Assembly (NCBI GenBank): GCA_002269645.1
Contig: NIVC01001385.1
Coordinates: 186,001-250,000, forward strand
Reading direction: 5' to 3'
Length of the DNA: 64,000 nucleotides
Source: Macrostomum lignano
Taxonomy: Eukaryota
Part shown: positions 44,224 to 55,237 of the stretch, one piece after another
Layout: every line of letters starts with the position of its first letter
Position numbering within the stretch: position 1 is the stretch's first letter
Program-made: the position numbers and the translations under genes
The notes under the pieces: model-generated
Databases searched by the model: none
What the model saw: the letters and a program-made list of their open reading frames with translations, nothing else
Told to the model about the DNA's origin: nothing

Positions 44224-44428
44224 GCATGCAAGGTGGGTTCAGCACGTTTGTGTAGCAGGAGACAGACCAGGCCTACGAGCTAAGGTCTGCGATCCTACAC
44301 ACCTCCACCCCCTCTATTCTGGTGCAGGAATGGCAGGAGAACTCTCTCCAAGCTGACTCACAAGTCGACCCAGGGGTTCACGCCCCGCATGTGTTCAAGG
44401 CAGCTCTAGGGCTGCTGGACTGACTGGG
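44224..44428 (+). ncRNA. Putative HDV-like self-cleaving ribozyme at the LINE 5' end
   Basis: P1 GCAUGC (44224) / GCAUGU (44387-92); P2 CCCAG (44369-73) / CUGGG (44424-28); P3 GGG/CCC; L3 UUCACGC; P4 GCAGCUC-UA-GGGCUGC (44400-15); J4/2 C44420-UGA. Confidence 0.8.
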
Positions 44429-46475
44429 CTCCGGCGGCGGCAACCCATCGGTGGCCAGTAGGCCAAGTTGGGTATGGGCTCCGCCCAGAAGTGAACCTGT
44501 GCGTATCAGGTACCTCTGGCCACCGCTCTGAGGAACAGGTATCACCCTCTGACCTTAACAGGGTATGCGACCAGTCCGCAGGCTCCGGAGGCAGTCCTCC
44601 TGCTTCCCTCAAGGGCCCAGTTTAGTACCGCGCTGATGGTCCTTTGGTTCGGCCTCTGGGTTTTCCAAGCCGGGCTCTTCGCCGGGGAGTTTCTCGGTTG
44701 CTAGCGGTCGGGCCGGTAAGGGCTTAAGCCACCCCCCGGTCGCTACCTCTTGGCCTGCCGGTGGGTTTGGGGTTACGGCCCAGCAGCTTCTCACCTCTAG
44801 TCCCCATTCGTCTTTCAGCGACTCATGTAGTATTCATTTACATCCAACACGTCCGAGGCTGCTGGAGCACCAACCGAGGTTGGTACCGCGGCCCAGCCGG
44901 ACATTCGCAACACCGGAACCTCCGGTGCCTCTCAGTCTGCCGCTGCCGCCGCTTAGGACAACACCGGAGTGGCTGGACAACAGGACAGCAGACCTCAGAT
45001 TTCTAAAAAGAAGGCCCGTAGCATTGCTCGCTACAAAGAGTTTCTCCAGCGCAAAGTGGAGGAACGGAGGAATGCGAAAGCCGCCCCTCCGGCCACCTCC
45101 GAGGAGGGTGCCGGTAACTCTGCGAACCCCGCGGAGGAGCCGACATCCGACAAGGGGGTGGACCCCGCGCGCCGGTCAGATGCATCAGGTGCCGCCGAAG
45201 CTCCTGGTGCGGCTGGCCCCTCCCGTGACTGGACCTCTGCCCGTGTGGAAGCTCCACGGCTGTGGAGAGATCCAAAGCGGGGGGTGCTGGCCAAACCACC
45301 AAGCCGAAGCGCACCTACGCGGCTATGGCCAAGAGGCAGCCGGCCCTGGTTATCCAAGGCCAGGAGACGCCTCTTACGGCCGAACAGTTCGACCTTATCT
45401 GGCGCCGGTTGGAGAGGACGGCTATCATTACTAGAGAGACCGGGAAGTCTCCTTTCAAGTCACCGGGACCTGACAACATTTATCCTGCCTTCCTCCATGA
45501 GGCAGTTAAAAATGACAGGTTTCTCGGCCTCCTCTGCAACCTCTTCAAGGCCAGCATTACCCTCGGGTATGTGCCAAAAGCCTGGCAAGAGGCTACGGTA
45601 GTCTTCATACCCAAGCCAGGAAAGGGAGACTATCACTCTGCCAAAGCTTACCGCCCTATCAGTCTGACGTCTTTCTTCCTCAAACTGATGGAACAGATGG
45701 TGCTCTGGCTGAGGAAAAGCTGAGGAACTCCCCGCTCTCCCCAAATAAGCACGCCTTTCGTCCTGGACGCTCCATCGAAAGTGCGCTGCACCCCATTGTC
45801 GACAAGCTGGAGCGCGCCGTGCTTGGCTGTGGATACGCACTGTCGCTTTTCCTCGACATTGATGGTGCTTTCAATAATGTGCTCTTTAAAGCCTTTAAGC
45901 GGGCCCTGGAATCCCGGGCACGCACGAGCACCTCACTCGCTGGATCATGTACGTGGTCTCCCATCGTACTGCCACCTCGCATCTTCTGGGACACTCACGC
46001 TCCGTGGAAGTCCAGAAAGACGGACCGCAAGGTGGAGTCCTCAGCCCGATCCTCCGGAATTTAGTCATGGCTGCTTTTCCAGGCATCGTCAACTCCAGGG
46101 AAAAATCCGCAGTGAGGAATGCCCATTCTGCCTCTCCGGTGTCGAGAATGCGGAGCACTTCATCTGTGAATGCCCCGCCTTTACTCAGGACAGGCTCACC
46201 AACCTCGGCCCAAACCCGGACCTCTCCGATGTTTTCAGGCCCGAGAATCTCTGCCAGCTCGTCCGCTACCTAAGGGCTACCGGGCGAGCGACAATCCACC
46301 TCCTGGACTCTCCGGAGGGGGACCGCGCTGCGGACACCGGCGCCACCGGAACTCCCTGCGCGACACCGCAGCACCAGCTGCCCGTGGTCGCCAAAGGCTA
46401 GCAAAATGGGCGGCAACGCCTCCTCGCTGTTTCCGGACGCACGGAGCCCCCTACAACTAAGTCAAGTAAGTCAAA
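44224..46475 (+). mobile_element. Internally deleted LOA-like LINE (2.25 kb) with both termini intact
   Basis: 5' end homologous to the element at 30065. Partial ORF1, an RT piece (SPGPDNIYP, RPISL) and the C-terminal CPFC...EHFICECP. Tail TAAGTCAAGTAAGTCAA. TSD ATCCTGGCC (44215-44223 / 46479-46487; 12 bp with 1 mismatch). Confidence 0.9.
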
Positions 46476-47239
46476 GTTATCCTGGCCTGCTTGGTTGTCA
46501 CCCTTCCCATCGCCTTCATTTTTGATATCTACGTAGTCTGCTACTTCAGCTTCCACGAAATGTTACCATGGCAACACACCGTTCTGTACTACTATTCGGC
46601 TTTGCTTTACTACCCACCGGCCCTTTTACTGGCGATTATTTTCATTGAGAACTGTTTCCTGATTCACAAGGTACGAGAGATCACCGCCAATAGAAAGAGG
46701 CTGGGCTCTGCTAAGGAATCTGATGACGGGCTAGTAAACACAGTGATCTGCCTCGCTCTGTCGGTCTGTCTGCTTCTGTCTGCCTCGCTGACCTTCTTTG
46801 CCCAAACCAGCGAGTACGTTCTAACGCTGCTTTTTGGCGGAATCGATTATAACAGGGCCACCGTGTTGTGGGGAGTTCACGACATCGGCATCTCGACCAT
46901 CATCATTGGCCAGTCCACCAACTGGATCCTGCTGGTGTGGAAGAATGCCAAGATTGGAAACGGTAAAGTACTGAAAGCCGGTGGATCAGAAGATGGCTAC
47001 CACAGCCACAAGTTAAATTTGGATTTCATTACAGTGAGAGAAATTAGCACTAGCTAGAGGAGATAAATTGCATGACAGCAAGCAAAACTATTATTTTTGT
47101 TCTAGTACTTCTAGAACTTGAGAACTTCGACTGTTTTCAACTCGAAAAACTGATCAAGAAATAAAAGTCATATTACATCAAAAAAACTTTTTTGATCCAA
47201 GATACGCTTTTTATTCGGATAATTATTGCAATCGTTACC

Positions 47240-48900
47240 CTCTGAATAAGGTCGTTTAGACGCGCTGGGGGGTTCCGCTGTACTCCGGTGGAGGTTAAAG
47301 TGTGGGTTGTTGGCCGCGCCATCTAGCTTAAAGCCCCTTCACTCGGCCATTCTTGTCTCCGCCGCCATTTTTCAATTTTTGCTCAGCCGCCGTCATGAGT
47401 GCCAGCCCAAAGCGACTCAACGTGCGCCAACTCAAGGCTGAGCTGCGATACAGAGGCCTGCCTACTACGGGCCGCAAAGAACAGCTCGCCAAGCGTTTGT
47501 CCACTGCACTCGGCTTAGAGCAAGCTGACGAAGAGTTCAACAACTCCGAGATGACTTCGTCTGCTCCGGACGCCGAGGACGGCAGCGCGGGCAATTGTCC
47601 TCCTGGGGCGGAGAGCGACCGGCTTGCGGCGCTGCGACAGGAAGTGGAGCTGCTTGAACTGCAAATCCTGGAAGGCCGTCGTCGGGATCTTCAGCAACAG
47701 CTTCACACTCAGCAGCGCTTGACGGCTCAGCCTTAGCCAGCATCATCATCAGGTGAGCAAGTCGTGCATGTCGGTCTGCAGTTGCCCGAGGTTTTTGAAT
47801 CTGGGATGAGGGAGGCGGCTCAGATTCAGGCCGCTAATTGCCAGGCTCCGACTCGCAAGTTGCATCTGATCAGAGACCACATCAAACTATAGCCAGAGGA
47901 CCCAGCTCAGCCAGTCAGGAGCAGTTGATAGCCACAATTGAGAATGGTTCTTTCATATTCAGAAAGCAGGAGCCGAAGCTGTCCAGTATCTCTGCTGGTC
48001 AGTGGATCGCGGCCAGCTCGATCATCCTGCAAAAGCTGATCAAGGAAGAACTCCCGGCGGCTGCTGAAAGCAGTGATGGTCTCCTGACTGACGTCCTTGG
48101 CTACCTCAAGTACAATCGCAAGCGTTGTGATAGGCCGGATCGTAACTCTAGCTCTTCCAGCGGACAAACACGTAGTCAGTCAGCTGGCCGGACTGACTTC
48201 GGACTCCGAGCGTGGGATCGCGTCTAGAGACTTGGTCACAAACCTGGCCAGGCCCGCAAATAAATAAGACACGCGACTCACTCTTTGAACTTCAATACAG
48301 CAGTGGCAGTAACGGCGGTAGGGGAGTTATCTCCACTCTGGTAGAGGAGAACGTCTTGAAGTACAGACTGATTTTCACTGGTTCAATAAGACTAGTACGC
48401 TGAGCCTAGGTCAGTACGGAGGTGACTTCCCATGCCGCCGCACACGCCAACATATATACTAGTATTTGTGCTAGCCGGCTAAGCCCTGGGGTAAATTGCT
48501 TCCCCAGGCCCAGGCCCAGCTAGCCAAAACAACACTTTTGCTTGCAAGATCGCGATGGGGTTGTAGTGCCCATCGCCGCAAGAGAAAATACTAGCATGGG
48601 GAAGGCCACCAGCCAATCGCGGGCTGTGGGGTGGTCACAGGCAGGGGACGCGCTGGTAGGGGTGGGCAGCCAGCCAAAGCCGGCTGGCCCAGGCAGGCAG
48701 TGGGGTGGGTGGCGCGTAAACAACTGAAGGGGGAAAATGCAGTGACTGGCGCACGGACTGCAAGCCCAAGATGGTAAAGCAGTGCAGATGCACCCCGGCA
48801 CACAAGGAGGGTGTTGTGCCTGAGAATTTTGCTCCACTGCCAAGCTTGGCCATAGATATAGGAATTGAAAGCGGCAAAGTTGCTCGCGTGTGACACGAGC
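47240..48900 (+). mobile_element. Probable DIRS/Ngaro-like (tyrosine-recombinase retroelement) deleted fragment
   Basis: ORF 47395-47736 has a clear SAP motif (LNVRQLKAELRYRGLPTTGRKEQLAKRL). Downstream frame QWIAASSIILQKL...YLKY resembles DIRS/Ngaro gag (from memory). GC-rich hairpin region at 48480-48600. No RT or YR seen; boundaries approximate. Confidence 0.45.
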
Positions 48901-49789
48901 AGCTAGCCATCATTTTCTCTCCGCATGAAGACTGCTTCATGAAATGCTTTTGATTTTTCATCAATTAGCAACCTAGACTATCCATCTGATAATGAAGAGA
49001 ATTGATAATTTTTGAAAATTTAAGTTCACAACAAGTAGGTTGCGCAAATTTTAATTCTTTCTGTAGTGTCTTTACGATCTCTGTAGTGTGTCTTTTACTA
49101 GACTGATTGTTTTTTTGACCAGCTCATTTCTAAGGAAAACGAGTGTAGCGATATAATTTAAGTGTCCATCAGAGGACAGTCCAGTACGAGTCAGAACTGT
49201 GATCTCCAGACGAGGCTTGAGGACAGCGCTTCTCCAGCAAAAGAAAGTCAAAGCTTCTGTTTGAGTGTCCATTATTAATCAGGTTTTTGTAATAGATGCG
49301 GTGTGTGGTGCGAACTTGGAGTATGCATTCGTATTCTCAATTATAATTACTTATAGCCGTATTTTTATAATCATGATAAACAATAGCATTGAAATGAGCA
49401 CATCAAATTAAGCTTATAATAAGCACAGACGGCAGATGTTATACCAAAACCAGAGTTGTACCTTGTACGATTATGCAACACATGAATTGTACAAGTGGCG
49501 CAGCATACAATAGCCAATAGAAATGATTGAAAATCTTCAATTTTAGATTAATTCAAATACACAAAAAATTCAATTCAGCGGATTAAAACAAAATTGAGGC
49601 ACAGCTAAAACCTTTAGGAAGGAAAATGTGGCAAAGAGAATGAATGATTAAGAAAAATAGCATTGGGTCAGTTTTTTCTAGGAATAGAAAACTATAATCT
49701 TCTGTTTTCATAATCTGCATCATTTTTTACTTCGAGTATCTCACGGTTTTTACCTTGGATTTTTTTGTTTTACTTGGGTGTCCCACATA

Positions 49790-49900
49790 TTTTACCTGGA
49801 TATCTCCCAGGTTTCTACCTGGGTATCTCACAGATTTCTACCTGGGTATCTCACAGATTTCTACCTGGGTATCTCACAGATTTCTACCTAATTTCACAGA
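49790..49900. repeat. 22-bp tandem repeat (CCTGGGTATCTCACAGATTTCTA)
   Basis: Four to five copies. Confidence 0.85.
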
Positions 49901-49975
49901 TTTCACAAATTTTTATATACCTTCATTTAGACTGAATAAATAATCAGTAAGCAGTCGTGGGACGTATCTGACACA

Positions 49976-50466
49976 CTACTCGTTGATTGGATCATTCGAC
50001 TTCTCAACCTCGCTGCTCAAGCCGCTCTCGCTGTCCCTGTCAATCAACGATTTATTCGCCTCGTCATCTTTCCGATTGACGCACAGGCAGAAGAGCAGCA
50101 GGCCAAGCAGCAGCGGGATAGCCAGGAACACACCAAGCCACAGGTACATCAAGTCATTGCTCAGCTGACTGCTGCCTGCGTGGGAGTTGAGAAGTTATCG
50201 GGAAGCTGAGTTCGATTTGAAAGGATCGCTGGCACGGGGGTGCAGGTAGGTTGTGGGTAGGCAGCCAATCTAACAGCATGTAGAATCACCTGTGTGACTA
50301 ACAGGTAAACAGTCGTCCATCAGCATGTAGAATCTCCTGTGTGTCTAACAGGTATTCAGCTACAGCAAGCAAAGACGATACTCACTAGCAGTCACGTATC
50401 CTGTTGCATTCGAATCGGACATATTGAAACCCAACACAGGTGGAGCTCCCGTAGAGATGCTCAACA

Positions 50467-50500
<34 letters not shown>

Positions 50501-50647
50501 ATAAGGCTGCTGTGGCAGCTTCAAGTTAATCTCGTTGGATCTCATTGTACCCGCGCCGCCGTCGATGGTGACATTGTTTAGGGTGATGTAGGACACCACC
50601 TGCTGTATCTGGGCCCTGTGAGCGCTTACTCGAGCTGGCGAGGCCAT
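49976..50647 (-). CDS. Orphan single-pass membrane protein, 2 exons (50647-50386, 50175-49976), ~153 aa
   Basis: Donor GCTA|GTGAGT and acceptor CGCAG|GC are both phase 1. Poly-Q tract and NxT/S sites N-terminal of the TM segment LMYLWLGVFLAIPLLLGLLLFCLCV, followed by an acidic tail. Confidence 0.65.
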
Positions 50648-51214
50648 CGCGCCGGATTTCTTCGTCGAGTGGAGACAAAGAAACCAACAGGTTTCTTGAG
50701 TGAAAGCACAAGAAAAATTGGAAGAAACGGGAAATGTTAAGAAGCAAGAGGGCGCAGCAGAAACCTCTTAGCAGTATAAATGAAACAAGAAAAGTCAGGC
50801 CTGTGCTATGCTAGCAATATGCAGCAGCTGTTGCCCTCTCTGCTTCCCAGAAGTAGCAAAGGGTGATTTCCTGTGCGAATCTCAGTCGCCCACTCCTTGG
50901 CCATGGCGATCATTAGAACGATAGAACCTGGGGTTGTAAACTTATACGAGCGTCACTATGGCTAGTAGACTCTAGAGAAATATATTATACCATTAAACTA
51001 TTGGAAATAAAAAACAGTAAAGCCTCTTTACACCGTCATGAAAGAAGGCCAGATATTGTGTGATCACATCAAATTATACTGCACTAAATTTGGTTCCTTT
51101 TTTAATTGGACGCGTGATTTGATGGCTCATTTGATGGCAGTTGTGAGTGTGGCGCAGAGCCCAACACAACACACTCAGTTATTAGGGGTCTTGAGTGCAG
51201 AAAAGAAAAAGAGG

Positions 51215-51945
51215 GGTGACATGCGCGACTGAGGACAGAGGCGAGATTGAAGAGCCAATCAGAAGGCAGTAGGGGAATGAAATACGAGCTAAAAAGGAGG
51301 GGTGGAGTGCGCGACTGAGGACAGAGGCGAGATTGAAGAGCCAATCAGAAGGCAGTAAGGGAATGAAATACGAGCTAAAAATGAGGGGTGGAGTGCGCGA
51401 CTGAGGACAGAGGCGAGATTGAAGAGCCAATCAGAAGGCAGTAAGGGAATGAAATACGAGCTAAAAGGAGGGGTGGAGTGCGCGACTGAGGACAGAGGCG
51501 AGATTGAAGAGCCAATCAGAAGGCAGTAAGGGAATGAAATACGAGCTAAAAGGAGGGGTGGAGTGCGCGTTTGAGGGCAAAGGCGAGATTGAAGAGCCAA
51601 TCAGAAGGCAGTAAGGGAAAGAAATACGAGCTAAAAAGGAGGGGTGGAGTGCGCGACTGAGGACAGAGGCGAGATTGAAGAGCCAATCAGAAGGCAGTAA
51701 GGAATGAAATACGAACTAAAAAAGAAGGGGTGGAGTGTGCGACTGAGGAAAGAGGCGAGATTGAAGAGCCAATCAGAAAGCAGTAAGGGAATGAAATACG
51801 AGCTAAAAAGGAGGGGTGGAGTGCGCGACTGAGGAAAGAGGCGAGATTGAAGAGCCAATCAGAAGGCAGTAAGGGAAAGAAATACGAGCTAAAAAGGAGG
51901 AGTGGAGTGCGCGACTGAGGGGAGAGGCGAGATTGAAGAGCGAGA
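51215..51945. repeat. 86-bp tandem repeat, ~8 copies, each with a CCAAT box (GAGCCAATCAG)
   Basis: CCAAT at 51255, 51341, 51427 and onward at ~86-bp spacing. Confidence 0.9.
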
Positions 51946-52512
51946 TTGAAGATTGAAGAGAGAGATAAGAATATAATTATTATAATTAATTTATTATTAT
52001 TATTCATCTTACTATTGAATGCGCACACCAAGAGGGTGCCGATTTTCGCATTTTTTTATTTTCTTTCTACATAACAGGATTTGAAAAAAATTGCACGCAA
52101 ACAGAGTTGTCTGTACCAATATAAAGCTTCAGGGCAGTTGAACTCTTGCTTGTGTCGTGTCTTTCATAAATTTTGCTAGAATTCCCATTATGTCTCTGTC
52201 TTATTGAGTCATTAGGTAAAATACATTATCCTCTGCAGTAAGCTTTTTGAATTCAAAACTTTATCCCACAGATACAATATAACTAGATAGGTCACTCGGT
52301 TAATTTGCTCTCACACTACTCTTAGGACCAGCCATCAGTAGTGAAAAATAGCCAAAAAAAATCAATTTTGCAAACGTGTGCTCTGGTAAAGCCACAGAAT
52401 ATTCTGTGGCTCTGCATGGTAAAGCATCTAAGACAACGCTTTAGTTGCTGCTGTTGCTGTTTCAGTTCTTTCAGTGCACTTTCCTATTAAAAAATTAAAT
52501 ATTTGGTGCGAC

Positions 52513-53248
52513 ATGGACAACTACGATGTCGAAGATACCGAAGATGTCGATGACTTGATCAAGGCGTGTGAGGAAGCCGAGCGGCAGGCAGCTCTGGAGG
52601 AGCAGCTAAGCTGTGAGGTTGCAAGCGAGCATGCTGCGGCTGCCGTCAATCTTTTCGAATACGACGAGATTGACGCTGACGATCTGATTGCCGCTGCCGA
52701 AGCTGAAGCTGCCAAAGCTGCTGCTGCCGAAGCTGCTGCTGAATTGCCCGAGAGGCAGAAGCAGCACCACCAAAAGCAGCAGCAGCAGAAGAGAGCATCT
52801 TTGCTAGTGACCGACTCGCTGCGACCCGGCTCTATTGGCCCGGCGGCGGCCGACGACGACAATGATGTTATGATCACTGCGAGCGTGGTCCCGGACAGTG
52901 ACAAAGACACCGGGCCAGCCGATTAGCAGCAGCAGAATTAAACGAGAACTATTCGGCGACGATGGCGACGACTTCCAACCCCGATTGTCGTCACCGCGGA
53001 CGCCGCCGGTGGCCAAACGCGCCCGCGAGCAGCAGCTGGCACTGCCATCGTCGCCGCTCAATGTTGTCAGATCACAAAAGCCGACCCTGGAGCATCAACC
53101 GCGGATCTGGACGCCCTCGACTAAGAATTCGGCGACGAATTGGACGCCACCAATGATGTCGTCGCCTGCTAGGTCGTCTTTCTTCCTGTTTCTGCTACCT
53201 TGCCAGTTTGCAGTTTCGTCTCTTTTGATGTTTTTTCTTGTTTTTTGA
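52513..53248 (+). CDS. Acidic/Ala-rich ORF (52513-52926) probably continuing by frameshift into 52898-53248; gene fragment or pseudogene
   Basis: GC-rich, codon-like sequence. Frames overlap at ~52900-52926 (DKDT / GQPISSSRIKRELFGDDGDD). No recognisable domain. Confidence 0.4.
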
Positions 53249-54499
53249 CAATAAAATCAGCAATTTTAGATGATTTTTTAGTATATAGGACTGTACTGTT
53301 GACAAGTATTTTGAGGTGTTTCAAGTCCGAATTGTTAAACTTATTGATGTCTTAAATGAAAGGGCATATGTTACTGCCTATTCTGCGCCAAAATAAGCAT
53401 CTTACGATCAATAGCGTGCACAGGAGATACATTGAAAAATGGGCCATCAATGAAATTTTCGCCAATTCTGAGTCTTTCGTCCTTCTACTTAAGTAGTCCT
53501 TGAGTCAAGAATGTACACTGTACATAGAAGATTGTGCAGATGGTTGAAAACTTCATTTCCGATCGATTTCATTTTAGTCAGTGATAAGAATGTTTCTTAT
53601 AATTTGCATTTACACTACCGTCCTAAAAGTAGTATCATTCTTGGTCCCCACAGCGAGATAGGGAGTGACCTATCTAGTTCTATAGTATCTGTGCTTTATC
53701 CTAGATATCCTGTTCAAATTTATCTGGGGAGCACAATTGAAGTTCCGACTAGCACTTTAACAGGAAGTGAAATTCACTTTGGGCAGGTCCCATTTTCGTA
53801 AGGGATCTCTGGTCTCGCAGTCCTCATTGCTTCGCAGGCCAGTTTATGGTTTGCTATTCTTATCTATGGCAGGGTGCGTTTTGATTCTGGATTGGAAATT
53901 TCTACATAGTACATTAGTTTTTGTTTGAGTAGTGCCATTTGAAGCTGCTGTAAAAGGGACTTTGTAGAGTTATCTGCCTTCTGGTCTCCGGTGTCTCGTA
54001 AATTCCAGTTCAAACTAGCTTTGTGTGTTCTGATTGAATTCGCTAGCTACTCGTTCATGTCGACAGTTTTGTATTATTTCGCTATTCATTTAAATGCTGT
54101 AAGGCCAGACAGGACTGAACTAGACAGAGAGTGACAGAAAGCATGCAGAATAAACAGAGACGAGAGCAGCTGACTAGATGAATGAGGTTTCGCCATAGAC
54201 AAATTCGCTCGAAAAGAATCAGTCTGAAAAAGTCACATTAAGCATCAAGAACAGCTTACGAACTTTCGCCAGAACTTTGCCTACTTGCCGGTTTCTGGTA
54301 GCAGTCCATGAACAAATGGAACAAATAGCTTGATAAAAATGTGCATTGTATTGTATATTAGACAGAAATAACTGCATTTTTCAGCACTACCATTCCAAGG
54401 AAAACAACTGACAGACGTTCCTTGAAATGCATTCTGAAGCGAAACTGCACTTCCGTGTACATTATCTTTTAATTATTGATTGCAGCCTTGACGTCATCT

Positions 54500-55237
54500 G
54501 GCACGTCTTCAGAGCTTCTCGTGCTTACTGCATGTACGAGTACAGTGTGGGTAGCACCAGGCCGTTGAGCCGCCTCTCCGGTTGGCATCGACCCACCGGA
54601 CTGTACGTTACAAGACGCTTAGCTGGGACATCGATTGACCCAATGATGCATTGAAACAACAAACTCCTTCTTCCTGCAGCACACAGCCCTGGAGATAGCA
54701 GAAATTGAGATCTGAAGTTGGTTGTTTGATGGAGAGCGCTTTCACGTGACTGCACAGCTCTATTTCAAAGCTTGATGTCTCAATCGAAATGTTAATGCAG
54801 GGCGCGGTCAAAATGGTGTATGGTGGCGTCGATTTAAGTCATCTTTTGTCCCTTCAGTTATCTCAGAAGCTGAATTCGGTAAAATGCTTTGAGAGCCATC
54901 CAATTTCGTTAATTTCCGCTAAAAGCATCGAACCACTCAGCTTTTGTAGAGTTAAGACTGTTGAACTGAACATGTAAAACAAAAAGCCGCAAATGGAAAT
55001 CGCCCAGTGTTGCACGCACCACCATTGACACGCAAAAATTGGGCGGGGCTACTGCTCGGGGCGATGAAAAAACCCATATAAACCTATTTAAACCCATAAA
55101 ACTGACGTTCTCAATTGCAGGGCCGAGTGCTGGATAAGCAGACTACCAACTAGAGCTTCAAGTTGAAGACTTTTGCTATCTTATTTTCCGATGAGCGAAA
55201 GTGTCACAAGTCCTGTTAATCCTTGCTCAAAGTAGTC
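54500..55237 (+). promoter_or_regulatory. Conserved upstream region of GPCR copy 4
   Basis: Near-identical inverted copy of 21735-22450. GGGCGGGGCT at ~55041 and TATTTAAACCC at ~55085. Confidence 0.6.

Larger units (their letters stand above)
39628..47015 (+). pseudogene. GPCR copy 3, disrupted pseudogene (39628-39641, 43699-44223, 46476-~47015)
   Basis: ATGAGTAACGCGAC start, then the Gypsy insertion, then TM1-TM4, then the LINE insertion, then TM4-TM7. Also has a 12-nt deletion in ECL2 and a frameshifting deletion near 46950. Confidence 0.9.

Noticed and set aside
52513-52926. CTF18-like N-terminus
   Set aside because: Only compositional (acidic) resemblance; no AAA+ exons follow in the window.
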